DNA of 64,000 nucleotides, from contig NC_068984.1 in the NCBI RefSeq assembly GCF_001194135.2, positions 133,039,495-133,103,494 on the forward strand, written 5' to 3'. Positions 24,493-38,600 of the stretch are shown here, in pieces. The first letter of the stretch is position 1. Each line of letters begins with the position of its first letter. The notes under the pieces were generated by a model. The model was not told the DNA's origin. It ran no database searches and was given only the letters and a program-made list of their open reading frames with translations. Source of the DNA: Octopus bimaculoides (taxonomy: Eukaryota). The position numbers and the translations under genes were made by a program.

Positions 24493-25269
24493 TAACAACA
24501 ACAACAACAATATAATAATATACTTCTGCTACAAAAGATTTATTCTTGTGCCTTGTCAAATCAAACTGATAATAGGTGAGAGTTCAAGTGGTTACCTGTA
24601 CAAAACAGTTTTCTTGTATTTATAAATTCTTACCGTTTTTATGTCTTATCAGCTTCTAAGTGATCCAAGCTAATGCTTTCCAATTATATCAGAACAATAG
24701 TTTTTATGCTACCTAACAAAGAATATTATAAAACACACCAAATCTGTTTTGTATTTTTATTTATTTTTTTTTGTCTACAATTTAGCTCTGCCGTTTCCTC
24801 AAACTGCAACATATAATAGTTGAACGTTAATAGTGTTCCAGTTTTAGAAAGTTCTCTATAAGAGTTTTTTTTTTCCAATGACTTGCTTTTTCTTTGTGAT
24901 TTCATTTATGTGTTATTTCATTTAAAGAATATTAGCTTGGCATTTATTTACTTTGAATTTAAAAACAAGTTGTATATCAAGTTTCATATACTTACCATCT
25001 AGATGCTCCTTGTGAAGACTCTTACTCTCTGAGGTTATTCAAATTTAGATATAAACTTAAATCTCTAACCCTTGAACAACATAAAACCATGTTTTTCTTT
25101 AACCTGTTCATACCCTGAGTAACCAACAACAGGGCGAAGTTCACCTACAACAAAAGCCCATGAATATAATCTTTATTCAAAGTTTATTTCTTCTTTTATA
25201 TTCAGTATTTCTATTTTGTTTCAACTTTGTAAAAACTGAGTTTATAATTTTATAACTAGGACTGCATCC

Positions 25270-25660
25270 CTAAGACTGGCCTTTTCTCTTCAGGACCAGA
25301 AAATATTTCAGACCCCAAGCAGTTGCTAACACTCTACAAGGTTCAAGTGAGGCCTACAGTGGAATATTGCTGCTGTTATGCATGGACCACTTGACTAATT
25401 GGCATTAAATCACTAACAGATTTGTCTCATCCTTTGGTCCACAGGTGTACTGTCTCCTCTCTGTCTTTTCCATTACTACCATATTGGCCTCAGTTCCTCA
25501 GAAATAGCTAGTCTTGTGCACCTCATCCATTCAGGCACCCCAGACCCAATTGTTTCTCCAACTCTTATCATCTCTATAGTGTTCAACATTCTTGGCCCTA
25601 TGAATCATAGTCCTTCCACCCCATCAACCCTTTGCAATCATTTCCCTGCTCCTGTCTTTC
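25270..25660 (+). mobile_element. CR1-like LINE reverse-transcriptase C-terminal remnant
   Basis: LYKVQVRPTVEYCC (25332-25373) matches the CR1 LYKxQxRPxMEYC motif. Downstream HR..VSSL.LFHYYHIGLSSSEIASLV matches HRRxVxSLxLFYxYYxGxCSxEL. Confidence 0.75.
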
Positions 25661-27056
25661 CTGTAAGTGTTATAATTTATACAAAATAGTGATGACATCA
25701 ATGTTACTAGTTTTGGAGGATTTGCAACCAAGTAAAACAAATAAGAAAAATTAGAATTGGAGATAGGAAAGGGGATCCCAAAATACCTTTATTTTATTGC
25801 TTTTACCACAATAGTGCAGAGGACAGCAAAATCGGTAGAGCATTAGACAGAATGTCTTGTGATATTTAGTTATGTTCCGTTATGTTCTGAGTTCAAATTG
25901 ACAGAGTTCAACTTTGTCTTCCATCCTTCTGGATCTTTATAAAATTGAATATTATTGTTGATTTAATCAACTCTATCCTTCTCCTTCTCAAGCTTTAGTC
26001 TTGTAACTGTGTTACATATCAAATTATCATTGCTAGCTTTGGAGAGAGTGATGTAGTAGAATCTCTACTGAACGAAATATCTGTGTTTAGTTTTGTTCTT
26101 TTACACTTCATATTAAAATCCCACCAGGGTCATCTTTGTCTGTTGTCCATTTCAAGTTAATAAAATGCATGCCGGCCACGTATCAAAGTCAATTCTATTG
26201 ACTATTTTTTACTCTGCAAATTTCTGGCTTTTTGTTTATTTGAGAAATCATTATATTATTTTTAAAATCCTACAAAGATTCACTGGTCTCTTATATTGCT
26301 AAGATCGACAAAATACTAATCTTTCAGATACTGGGTTTGATAAAATTCATGGCCTTACACCTATGTCATCATTGTTATCATTATCATCATTGTTATCATT
26401 ATCATCATAACTCATTATCATCAAAACATTTATTTTCTTCATAGAAAACCTGATTGATGTATAGAACATCCTCCCTTCCATGTGTCTTAATTGTCATTTA
26501 GTTCTTCAAGCTACCTCTACTTAACATTATCTTAATTAGAAATCTTGATTTTAAAAAAAAGAAATCAAATTGTGTAAGATGAATCTAGACTCACACATCA
26601 CTTGTTTATTCAAGTTAAGTGTCAAAAACCTGATATAAGTAACTTTCCTTATCTTGATGATATTTAGAAAATCTCAGATTAGTGTATTAGCACTTTGATG
26701 TATTTGTTATCTCCTTATCTTCTTCCTACTAGCCAAAGACTTTTGACTGTTAGCACTTCTTTGCAAATAGAATTATCACTGCTAATTTCCACAATGAACA
26801 GTTGTAGAAGTTATCAGTTATCTACTGCTCTACTGTTCATTTTAATTAAATTAGTAACATGAATTTTTAGGTGAAAAAGAGAGGAAAAAAATGGAGAAAC
26901 TTCCAAGAAATTAATTTCTTTTAATAGAGAATACAGCATGTATATTCTCACTCTACTGGTGATTATTTTTGACTAGAGTCAGTAAAATCTCGAGTCCTTG
27001 AAATTAAAGTCCTGTAAACAGCCAGGTATTATGATACAATAAGTTGCTTGTTTGTT

Positions 27057-27107
<51 letters not shown>

Positions 27108-27430
27108 TGGTAGATATAGATATATATTGATGCTGCTTGTTTATATATTATCAACATTGCCTTTATATATATACACACATTGACGTAACATGTTGATGTA
27201 ATAACTTGCATGTTTGTGTATGTATACACACCTGCGCACAGACAGGCATTATATTATGTCAATAATGGTTGGCTGTCAACAAGGTCTAGTCTTTTACTGC
27301 AAGGTGGAGTACTTAATAATAGGAAGGGCATCCAGCTGTGAAATTATATACTTCAGCAATATAAAAATGGGCAAACTTGCAAGAATTATCCCATCCTGCT
27401 TGCTATAAAAAATTGAAGTGAAACAGTCAA

Positions 27431-27465
<35 letters not shown>

Positions 27466-27849
27466 ATCTTAAAGAGAAAAACAAAAATCATAGGAAAATA
27501 TAACAGAATACAAAATGGAAAAACATGATAGACAGTTTGTGATATTATTTTAACCTATCATCATCATCTAGTATCCATATTCCATGCTGGCTTCATCATC
27601 ATCTTTTAACATCCACTTTTTCATGCTTGCATGTGTCAGATGAAATTTGTTGAGACAGGTTTTCTATGGCTTGATGCTCTTCCTGTTGCCAACATGTGTC
27701 TGTTTCTAAGCTTGGTAGTACTTCCCCATGTCTAGACATGTTTTTCAGAGGAGACTAGAAATGAACAACCTTGCTTGAATGAAGATCATTCTCATTTACA
27801 GCTATCACATGGTGTCTAGGAAAGGGTACACACAAACAGACACACAAAT

Positions 27850-27950
27850 ACATACATATCCACCTACACATACATATCCACCTACACATACATATCCACC
27901 TAGACATACATACATACATACATACATATCCACCTACACATACATACATA
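27850..27950. repeat. 18-bp minisatellite CATACATATCCACCTACA
   Basis: Three adjacent near-perfect units plus one more after a (CATA)n spacer. Confidence 0.9.
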
Positions 27951-30224
27951 CATACATATATGGTAAGCTTCTTTCAGTTTCTATCTACCAAATCCATCAC
28001 AAGGCTTTGGTCAACCTGGGGACACTTGCCCAAAGTGTCATGCGGTGAGACTGAAATCAAGATCACATAATTGGGAAGCAATCTTCTGAACCACACAGCC
28101 ATGCTTGGCATCTAGACATATTTTTCTTGGGTGCTTTTCAGTAATCTAGTGTTTTAATCAAATGTGCTGTTCCAATTATGTACACTTGTTAGAATGGCTG
28201 GTTTGGTACATTTGGTTTTTAAAATGTGTTATATTTACTCGATTAGAATCTTTTCACTTAGCTATAAAATAGGGCTGATGCTTTATTTTTCTACACTAAT
28301 AAACTTGGCAGTACCAGTAACATTGGAGGGGATCAAGGCATTAGAGTAAACCTATTCATTACTTCTCAAAAATAAACCTTGGTGTGATTTTTTAAAAAAT
28401 GTATTTCTTTTGACTAGCTGTAAATGACGAATTTGTAGTTGGCATAATTAAATCATTCCAATTTATTTATTATTTTTGTTAATAGCACCAAAGATTAAGA
28501 CTGTGAATTTTTTTGTGCTATATTCTTGGCAAGAACACCTGTTAATTACCTTTCAAGGTCACTTTTCACTGTAGTTGTGCCATATAAGAGTAGAAATGGT
28601 TATTTCTCTCTGAAGAAAACACCTACAAGAGAGATACCAACCATTTCAATGTACCAACTTCAGTATATAACTAGTATTTATTTATTCTACCAACCTTGGT
28701 GGTGGATAAAGATAAAATCAATTTAGATTCTATTTATTTATTAATATATTTATTTATGTATTTATTTATTTATATATTTATGTATCTATTTATTTGCACA
28801 AGAAGCCTTATATTTCTAAAGGTAGGAAAATGTGAAAATGTAAGATTCATGTTTTAACTGATGCTTGTAACTAAAACCATTGCCACACAGCACATACATC
28901 ATCACATAGAACAACTAAACTGTTAATCATTCAGTACATGTTAATTCAATTCTGCATTATTGCTTAGATTAAGTACTGTCATTGCCTGTATGTCACCACT
29001 AGAGGTATTAAGTATAGAACGTAATCTTTATTGATATTATTGGATTTTACATTCACTCTATCAACTGTCTCTAATCTCCCAACCCCCACTTTTTATTTTA
29101 CATTTTTTATATTATTTTTTTTTTCATTTACATAATCTTCCTGAGTTTACTGTAAGATTATAAAACTGTCCATTTCTCACATAGACGGAATTGGTGCTTT
29201 AAAAGAAAAGATTACCAGTACCTTGTTCTGTTTGTAAACTCTGTACTGTTACTATTAGAGATAAATCCTTTCCTAGGTCGAAGAACGTCATACTTAGGTG
29301 TGGTGCTTGTCTCTACTTTTCATTGTTAGGCTAACTTATGACCTCAATCGGATAAGTTCAAATCTTAACTACTGTCAATTGTTTGACTGCACAAAAATAA
29401 AGGATATATTTCAATCTTTCTTCATAACAGTGAGAAGAGCATCTAGCTAAAACATAATTGTTCTGGAATAAATCATTGGATCTATACTAGTCCAGAAAAA
29501 TAGTCTATTGCAAATTAACTTTCACTTCTTTAATATATTGAAACTTATTTCATTTTGAGCTACACAAAAAGGAAGACAACTGGAGTCAAGTGCTTTTCTC
29601 AAGAACACCATCACAACTATTGCAATGAATATGAATACACAATATTTCATTTTCATATTCTTCCTCTGAATCTGTCTCTTCAAGACATGCTACCTTTTCT
29701 ACTTTTTCTTACTGCTACTGTAGTGGCATCTATTCCTTGGTACTGGCTGGTTTCATCGCACCTCTTCTTAGATATTCCTAGATATTCTTAGATATCATCT
29801 TCTTAGATATTCATCTGCTCTTCTCTTGTCATCCATACTGTTCCCCCAAGCACACATACTTTTTCACATACACGCACACACACTATCAAGTCCAGTAATT
29901 CCTTTCTAGGAGATAGATCCTTTGGAATTATTCAATTATTCCCTGCCCATGTTTTCCCCACAGCTGTGAACTTACAACTTTTCTAGTGGACTACAAACTG
30001 CATTGATCCTGGCAGACCTACAGAGATCACGAGTATAACCTCTTCCTACAACCCCCCCCCCCCCAATGCAATCCTAAAGTCTCCTGAGCTGTTCTATTGA
30101 TGCAGATAACTTTTAAAGACTATAATCTTGAGTAGAGATAGTGTCTGCTGAGGATTATATGTATTCCACTTATGTAATCTGCTCTATATGAAACCATGGT
30201 TATGTTCTAGTTAACTATACAAAT

Positions 30225-30262
<38 letters not shown>

Positions 30263-32410
30263 TGCATGTATATATATCATGATTATGAAAAAAGAAAAAT
30301 AGCGCTTTTGGGTAAAACTTTCAGTGGAATAGTTTTTCTGTTATCATCTATTGGTAGTCATGAAGTATAAGATGTTCAAGGGAAGGAGAAAAATATGAGT
30401 TGTGATGTTCATGCATCTTTGAAATAAAATAGTAAAATGTATGATGCTAAAATGCTCTAATGAAGTGCAGATAGGTTCTAGACTTCATTTATAAAACTCT
30501 ATCTTCATCCTGCTGCATTCATGCAGTTAAATAATTGCATATACATACAAATATGAAAGGAAGGAAAAAGGGAGAAAAAAAGGTGGGGGTTTGTGCATGT
30601 GTATCTGAGGAAGAGAGACAAAGGTGTAATGTATTTATTGATACATAACAAAGGAAGTTAGAAATAGTAAAGAAATATAGAAGAGTTGTGGCTTTATATT
30701 ACATGCGTTCATACAATAGCAACAGAATGTGTAAATTCATTTGCCTGGTTGTACATATAATGTTGTGTATTATGTGTAGAAATATCTATTTATACATATT
30801 TGTATGATACGGAGACATATATAGGTAATGTGATTGGATGCATGTTTGATTGGTATATGCAAAACATTCTCAGTTCAACCATCTAATCAATATGTCACAA
30901 TGCCACACACACACATCACTACCTTTGAAACACTAGTGGGTAAAAATCAATGGAACACATATCCAAATTATTGATCTCATTTGAAAATGAGAACTGGATA
31001 ATATAATTGATATGTTTATTTTATATTTCCTGATTTTCTGATCATAAGCTGATAGTATTTAACTTATTTAACATTGACTTAACAAAAATACAAAGCTCTA
31101 TATTTATAAAGGAGTGTAGAAGAAGAGGATGTGATGTTTACGCCTTTCCAAAACATTGATTTACTAAAAAGGTGAGGCTCTTTATTTATAAAGGAGGATG
31201 CAAGAAGATGATATAATGTTTATGCCTTTCTGAAGCACAATTTTGTAATATAAGTAAAATGCAAAAAGGCTTTGGGTGTTACCCATTTTCTTTTGACTGA
31301 GCCATGAAAAAAATGTTTAAAAGTGGATAATACAGGCTTCTCCTGCATTAAAGTTGTGCTGCACTCCTGATAATTTTGATCTGATGTGGAGTTCTGTAAT
31401 GCACATCTTATTTTCTCTTTGATTCCATGTGCAATGACTCACACATTACAGAAAGTCAATGGGAAAATATGTCATTAGATTGCAGCCATTGGATAATGTT
31501 GTCCAGGACATATGTTTCAAATAAAAAGCTTGGATGGTGACAACTGGAATGCAGTTGAACACAGGTCTGCTGGCTGAAGGCTGACCAGGGACTAAACTTC
31601 AGCAACAACACTGCCACCAAATCAGTTATGCATCTGTTGTTGTCCTTTCATTATATTTGAAAACCCATAGAAATGACGTTATCAAATAATGGTGGCGAAA
31701 CTAGTAGCTGTAATATTCATCATAATAGTATAATAATAGTAGTAGTGGTGGTGGTGGTGATGGTGGTAAATGAGATTCTATAGTCTGTACCCTCATACAA
31801 GTTGCATTATACCTTATAGTTTGCACCATCACACAAGCAGGACCTATAAGTGGAAATGGGTGCCAACTAGTTCATTGGTCTGGTGCCGAAAAAGCCAAAG
31901 AAAGCCCATGAATAATTGATGAGCCACTCTCTTAAAAAAAATTTCTAGGAATATTGAGAAGACCCTCCCCCATGGCCTCAAAGCAGTATTGTTCCATCTT
32001 GTAAAATTTCTCTCAAGTGCAGTCCAATTGTATGATTAAGAAGCTGACTTTGCAATCATGTGGTTTCAAGTTCAGTCCCATTGTATGGCACCTTGGACAA
32101 GTGTCTTCTACTATGGCCCCAGGCCAACCAATGCTTTATGAGTGAATTTGATTGATGGAAATTGTGTGGAAGCCTGCTGTGTGTGTTTAATCTTTTATCT
32201 TTTAATTGTTTCAATCATTAGACTGTGGCCATGCTGGGGCACTGCCTTGGAGAATTTTTTAGTCAAACGAATCGACCTCAATACTTATTATTCTTTTTGT
32301 AAGCCTGGTTCTTAGTCTGTTGGTCTTTTTTGCTGAAGCTGCTAAGTTACGGGGGATGTAAACACACCGGCACCAGTTGTCAAGTGCAGGCAGGGAACAA
32401 ACATAAGCGT

Positions 32411-32471
<61 letters not shown>

Positions 32472-32927
32472 TGTATATACAATAGGCTCCTTTCAGTTTC
32501 TGTCTACCAAATTCACTCATGAAGTCTTAGTTGCCNNNNNNNNNNNNNNNNNNNNNNNNNNNNNNNNNNNNNNNNNNNNNNNNNNNNNNNNNNNNNNNNN
32601 NNNNNNNNNNNNNNNNNNNNNNNNNNNNNNNNNNNNNNNNNNNNNNNNNNNNNNNNNNNNNNNNNNNNNNNNNNNNNNNNNNNNNNNNNNNNNNNNNNNN
32701 NNNNNNNNNNNNNNNNNNNNNNNNNNNNNNNNNNNNNNNNNNNNNNNNNNNNNNNNNNNNNNNNNNNNNNNNNNNNNNNNNNNNNNNNNNNNNNNNNNNN
32801 NNNNNNNNNNNNNNNNNNNNNNNNNNNNNNNNNNNNNNNNNNNNNNNNNNNNNNNNNNNNNNNNNNNNNNNNNNNNNNNNNNNNNNNNNNNNNNNNNNNN
32901 NNNNNNNNNNNNNNNNNNNNNNNNNNN

Positions 32928-32958
<31 letters not shown>

Positions 32959-34157
32959 CTTACTCTTTTACTTGTTTCAGTCATTTGATTGTAGCCATGC
33001 TGGAGCACTACCTTTAACACACACACATATAACTTTGTGTCTGTTTGTCCCTGCACATCATTTGACAACTGGTGTTGGTTTGTTTACATCTCCATAACAT
33101 AGCATTTCAGCAAATGTAGAATAAATACTAGATTTTTAAATAAGCAAGCACTGGTATTGATTCATTTGACTGAAATCCTCCAAGGCAGTACTCCATCATG
33201 GCTACAGTCCAATGCTGAAAGAAGTAAAAGATAAAAGCAGCACAGTACGCAAGCAGCATTATACCATTTAGTTTATGCCATCACACTTCTTTTCATTCTC
33301 AATTGACACTGTTCCATTTTCATTATCATGGTCTACTGATTGATATTCATTAAAAGGACTGAAAGACTTGTTCAACTCATAACTATGTAATTGTAAAAAG
33401 TAGTTGCAGATCCACTTTGGTTATTCTTAAGTAGTTAAAACATGATGCGAATACATTACAAAATACATTTAACACCTACCATCAATCTAGCTTTAATTTC
33501 TCAGCTAAGAAAGACAAAGATCTTATTTCTGTAATCTAGATCATTATTATTTCTCTTTTCTTGTTTCCTTGTTAATGGGTGTAGTAGTTGGTTCTGGGTT
33601 TTTCCATTATTAAGAAAGGGAAGGTGGCGAGCTGGTCGACTCATTTAGCATGTTGGGCAAAATACTTAGTGGTATTTCTTTGTTCAATCTCCACTGATTT
33701 TACCTTTGATCCTTTTGCGGTTGATAAATTAATGTATCGGTTAAGCACTGCAATCGATATAGTTGACTATCCATCACCTCTTAAAACTGCTTATGTTGTG
33801 CCAAAATTAGAAAGGATTATTAAGAAAGGGTGGTTTGAGGCAGGGAAGTGCTTGTCAAGCTGTCCTTTTCTATAATGTCAGCGGTTAGGTGTAAAGACTC
33901 CTTCTTGGAAGATGTCAAGAAAAATATTAACAAGTTAAATTTTACCCTCAGTTTGAAGAGAAAAAACGTGAAGCTTTATTTTTGGTTAGCATCAAGTAAA
34001 TAGAAATCCAGTTTCCTTTTCTCTAGTATTAAGAGGTGGGGGAAAATGATTTTTTTTTTTTCCCTTTCTTTTGGATAAATTGGTACTTTATTTCCCTAGA
34101 AATAACCTAAAACTTGAGAGAATTTCCTTGTTCCAGAAATCTTACAATCTTCACAGT

Positions 34158-34392
34158 TACGGTCTCACTTGTCATCGCCTTAGTGAGGCCCAACGTGCTC
34201 ACCACATCATCCCAGGTCTTCTTGGGTCTACCTCTTCTACACATTCCCTCTACTGCTAGGGTGTGACACTTTTTCACCCAGCTGTTCTCATCCATATGCA
34301 ACACATGACCATACCAGTGTAGTTGTCTCTCTTGCATACCACATCTGATGCTTCTTATGTCCAACTTTTTTCTCAGGGTGCTTACACACTGT
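34158..34392 (-). mobile_element. RTE-clade LINE ORF2 3' fragment
   Basis: MDIRSIRCGMQERQLHWYGHVLHMDENSWVKKCHTLAVEGMCRRGRPKKTWDDVV contains the RTE C-terminal LRWYGHVxRM...GxRxRGRPxKTW signature. Confidence 0.9.
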
Positions 34393-34393
34393 C

Positions 34394-34427
<34 letters not shown>

Positions 34428-35730
34428 CCATCTATATATAGGATTGATGTATAAAACATTAAAGAATAAATCTAGGGAATTAAGAGCTCAATTAATACTG
34501 GGTTGTTAAACTCTGACATTCCAGTAAATCCTAATCGAACTGATTTGCAGGCATATACATAGTCAGCTAAAGCAATCTTTATGAGCGACATATTTGGCAT
34601 GAAAGTAGAAAGGTATAAACTTCACTTACTTTAATTGTATTCAACAGCTGTTTCATTAAGATAAACACCAATTATATATACATAATTGTGATACATAGTT
34701 AATTTAAAAATGGTGTTTCTCCAAATCATCAGGAATGTTATGTTGTATTAACCAGGAATCTGTAAAGGTGTGTGTGTATTAATAACAATAATTAAAACAA
34801 ATTTTTCACCTAGACACTTTGAGCTTCACTTTACATGCTTTTCAACATGCCTGAACACTTGTAGCTGCCAAGATTCTAAAATTTGAATTCTTAATATTTA
34901 GAAGTTTCAGCCTCTGGTTCAAATAAAGAGTTTCGGACATGGAGTAATGACCACAACAAATCTGTTTTAATGTGCCAGCAGTGTTTAGTTTTCATTATAA
35001 ACTTTACTGTGAGCTATATTCACACATTTCAGCCATCACTACATTTAATAATGAATTTTATTAAGTATATTAGATAGTCATAAACATCTGTCATCTTTAC
35101 ATAGCCTCAACATAACCAGCAGAAGTGGGTATCAACCAGACAATTATTTCTAGTGTTATTATACTCTCATGGGCAATCACTTAACCAACCTTAATTGCTT
35201 CTGTCAATTTATATTTAAAGCCATTGCTAATTAGGCTTATAACTAAATCAGGTAGACTGATTTGAACATTTGACTCATTTTCAGCTGAAAATTACTGATG
35301 TGCTGGCTGTGTATATTTTTCAGACTAAACTTTACTATGAGGTACATTTATGAATTTTAACCATCACTGCATTTATAAATTAATTCAATTTGTTAGATAT
35401 GTTAGACAGTTGTAGACAGCTGTTATGTTGAAACAAGCACAATGTGGACAGTAAAGGAGGGATAGACTAGAATCAAAATAGGATTCACTCTGGAAACAAC
35501 TCACCTGATAAAAGTATATTTATATCTCCCCCCACTCTCTCTCTATTTACCTGTCCATCCATTCATTTATATCTATCTTTTTTTCACTGTCCCTCCCTCT
35601 CTCTCTCTCTAATATATNNNNNNNNNNNNNNNNNNNNNNNNNNNNNNNNNNNNNNNNNNNNNNNNNNNNNNNNNNNNNNNNNNNNNNNNNNNNNNNNNNN
35701 NNNNNNNNNNNNNNNNNTGATGTTGATGAT

Positions 35731-35773
<43 letters not shown>

Positions 35774-36535
35774 CACCTACACACTACACATGCATATGTA
35801 GAAATGTATGTGTTAATCAAAAATATCTAGTGGTAGATATCTTTTATTTGAATTATAGTTCTTTATGCCAGGTCAGCTTTGCATTATATTTCTTACAAGA
35901 TGATTAAATTGGTACCAAAATACTGATGTTTATATAATTGTTTAAAACCCTTGAAGGCAGCGCCTCAATATGGCCACAGTTCAAAGACAGAAACAGCAAA
36001 TGAATAAAAAAACAAAGCTGCTTTGAATTAATATTTCATAAATCTAGGCTACTGGGATCCATTTTATATATATATTTAATTAATCTATGATTTCATTCAC
36101 TGCTGTAAAATTTCAAGGCAATCCATCAATTTCCAGTAATTATCTTTCGTTTCTTATGTGAGATGATGCTATGTACAAATTTTAATGTCCTACGCAAAAT
36201 TCAATCCTGTGCCAATGAGGATTTAAAGCTGCTAACCTTGTTGTTTATTTAGTTTCTGAAATTCCTAACCAACACTTTAACAATTCAAGTCAGTAGTCTT
36301 GTATGCAAAAGCAACAATAAATCAATTTGTCCCCATATCAATGCTTCCTTATTTATTGGCTTTTTGTAATCTAAATAATCAGAGATATACCAATTGTAAG
36401 TGTTTCAGAAAATCTTATTGATACGTCATTCATAAATCATGAGCAAAATATGGTTTTTCTCTGATGATTTGTGAATGGTATTTAGCGAAAACAAGATGCT
36501 CTCACAGAGTATGCTGTGAATATTAATACTTTCAA

Positions 36536-36996
36536 TGGCAAAGTGGCAGAATTTTTACCACACAAGACAAAATGCTGAGTGACATTACTTCCAGCTTTAT
36601 GTTCTGAGTTTGAATTCTTATTTCTTTATTGTCCACAAGGGGCTAAACATAGAAGGGACCAACAAGGACAGACAAAGGGATTAAGTCGATTACATCGAGC
36701 CCAGTGCGTAACTGGTACTTAATTTATCGACCCCGAAAGGATGAAAGGCAAAGTCGACCTTGGCGGAATTTGAACCCAGAATGTAACGCCAGACGGAATA
36801 CCGTAAGCATTTCGCCCGAGCGCTAATGATTCTACCAGCTCGCCGCCCTCTCACACCTTTGAGTTTGAATTCTGCCAAGCTTGACTTTGCCTTTCATTCT
36901 TTTGTAAATCAAGTATCAGTTGCACACTGGAGTTGATGTAATGAACTTGCCCCCATCCATAATATTTCAGGCCTTGTGCCTGTGGTAGAAAGAATT
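36536..36996. mobile_element. Old family A SINE (+) interrupted by a young family A SINE (-) at 36619-36859 with 14-bp TSD
   Basis: TSD TGAGTTTGAATTCT at 36605-36618 and 36860-36873. The inner copy retains CpGs; the outer copy has decayed them. Confidence 0.9.
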
Positions 36997-38289
36997 GTCA
37001 CTTTCAGATCAGTGCACTTAATGGTAAGTGAGCACTGAAAACTGAGCTAGGCTTTTGTGGCTGTTACAAATGTGTGATCGCTATGAGCATCATACATACA
37101 TGTACCCAGCAGAGCGGTTTAGTATCACAGTGATCTCTGCTTGTTATATTTCTTATATTATTTAGTTCTTGGTTAGTTCTGTTTGAATAAACCTAAGACC
37201 AAAGGCGTTCCAATTCTAACTATCCTGTTTTTCTTTTTTTTTCTTTTTTTTTCTTTCTTTTTCTTTTGTGACATAGTGTATCTAGGACTATCTTATCCAG
37301 TGTGTGCTTCCCTGCTTAAGATGGTGGGGTGTGATAGGAGAGATATTTGGCTGCTATTTCTAGCGAGATGAGAAACCATGTAGAAGCCTCCTCATTGGTT
37401 TACTGTGTATTTATCAGTTTAGTTGATGCATGGCAAATGAATCATAGCTACTGCTATGTCTGTTAACTGTTATTGCTGTTTAACTCCATGATCAATTGAC
37501 GTAGATCAATGATTAAAGGTCTTCCATCTGTGACCATCCTATCTTTTTAAGGGTATGTAGGGCTATTTAAAGCATCTTGTCCTAGAAAAGGATAGGTGTG
37601 ATTTGAGGGAAATTTTGCTGCTATTTCTAGCATGCCCAATTACTAATTAGAGGTCTCTTCATTTCTGTTAATGATGGCAGGTGTCTTGGGCCCACTTCAG
37701 CTGATCTGTAGAATTTTGATATTTTATAGGAGGAGTGAGATGGTCAATTAAAGGGAATTGACATCTCACACTTGCAACAGTTCCATATTCTGGCATTAAT
37801 GACTAACTTTGCTTTTAATCCTACTCCACCCCCATATAAAGGATGGTCTGGAGAGGAAATAATTGACATTATTGCCAGGAATTTGTCCCAGATGAATCAT
37901 TGTCTCATCAAGGACCATCAATGAATGTAACTGCTAGTAATAATAATAATTTCTAATGAATTACTGTAATCATTTCTAAAGTGTTAGTGATAATAATGAC
38001 ATTAATAATTATAATAATAGGAAGATTGAAAGACAAAATTAGCAAGTATGGATAAGAGTTATAGGTAACCTGATGACTGATTAAAGTGAATAAAAGAATA
38101 AGCAACTGGCTTACCAACAAGACAATTCTATATATGCAACAAAACTGACCTAAACTAGAAGGACAATCACACAATATCAATGTATAGTATAATACATATA
38201 TTAAAATCACCATAAACCAAGAAACTAAGAACTTCTAAATAAATTTGACCCAATAAGAACTAGAATTTCAATGAAGGACAATTTAGAAC

Positions 38290-38600
38290 CATGAGAACAC
38301 AAGCTACAAGAGGTTTACAGTCAAAAAGTATATCAAACATATATACATCCATCATCAGCTGCCTTATGGATATCCTTATAGTTTTGACACCTGGGCAGTG
38401 CCAGTCTGGTGGTACCATTCAATATGGTGGTATCAACTGCTTTAGAAACATAAATGTTGTCTGGGAATTAACCAGGAAGAAGCAGGAACAAGACATTAGT
38501 GCAATATGTCCATTACATCAACTCCTGCTTACTGTTACAAATGCAAACATCAGATATTGTGTGTTCCTATAATTGTTGGGAATGGATAAATATCGAGTCT
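38290..38600 (+). mobile_element. Possible R4/Dong-like non-LTR retrotransposon remnant
   Basis: DTWAVPV (38386-38406) followed after a frameshift by YGGINC...ELTRKK resembles the post-RT motif NTWAVPVxxYSxGIINW...RKTRK. Confidence 0.35.

Noticed and set aside
24634-24712. Minus-strand cassette with good acceptor and GTAAGA donor
   Set aside because: Stops in all three frames. Such cassettes arise by chance in 64 kb, and only RNA data could rescue it as a non-coding exon.
28550-28622. Minus-strand cassette CTCTCTTGTAG|...AAG|GTAATT
   Set aside because: Stops in all three frames and no supporting neighbours.
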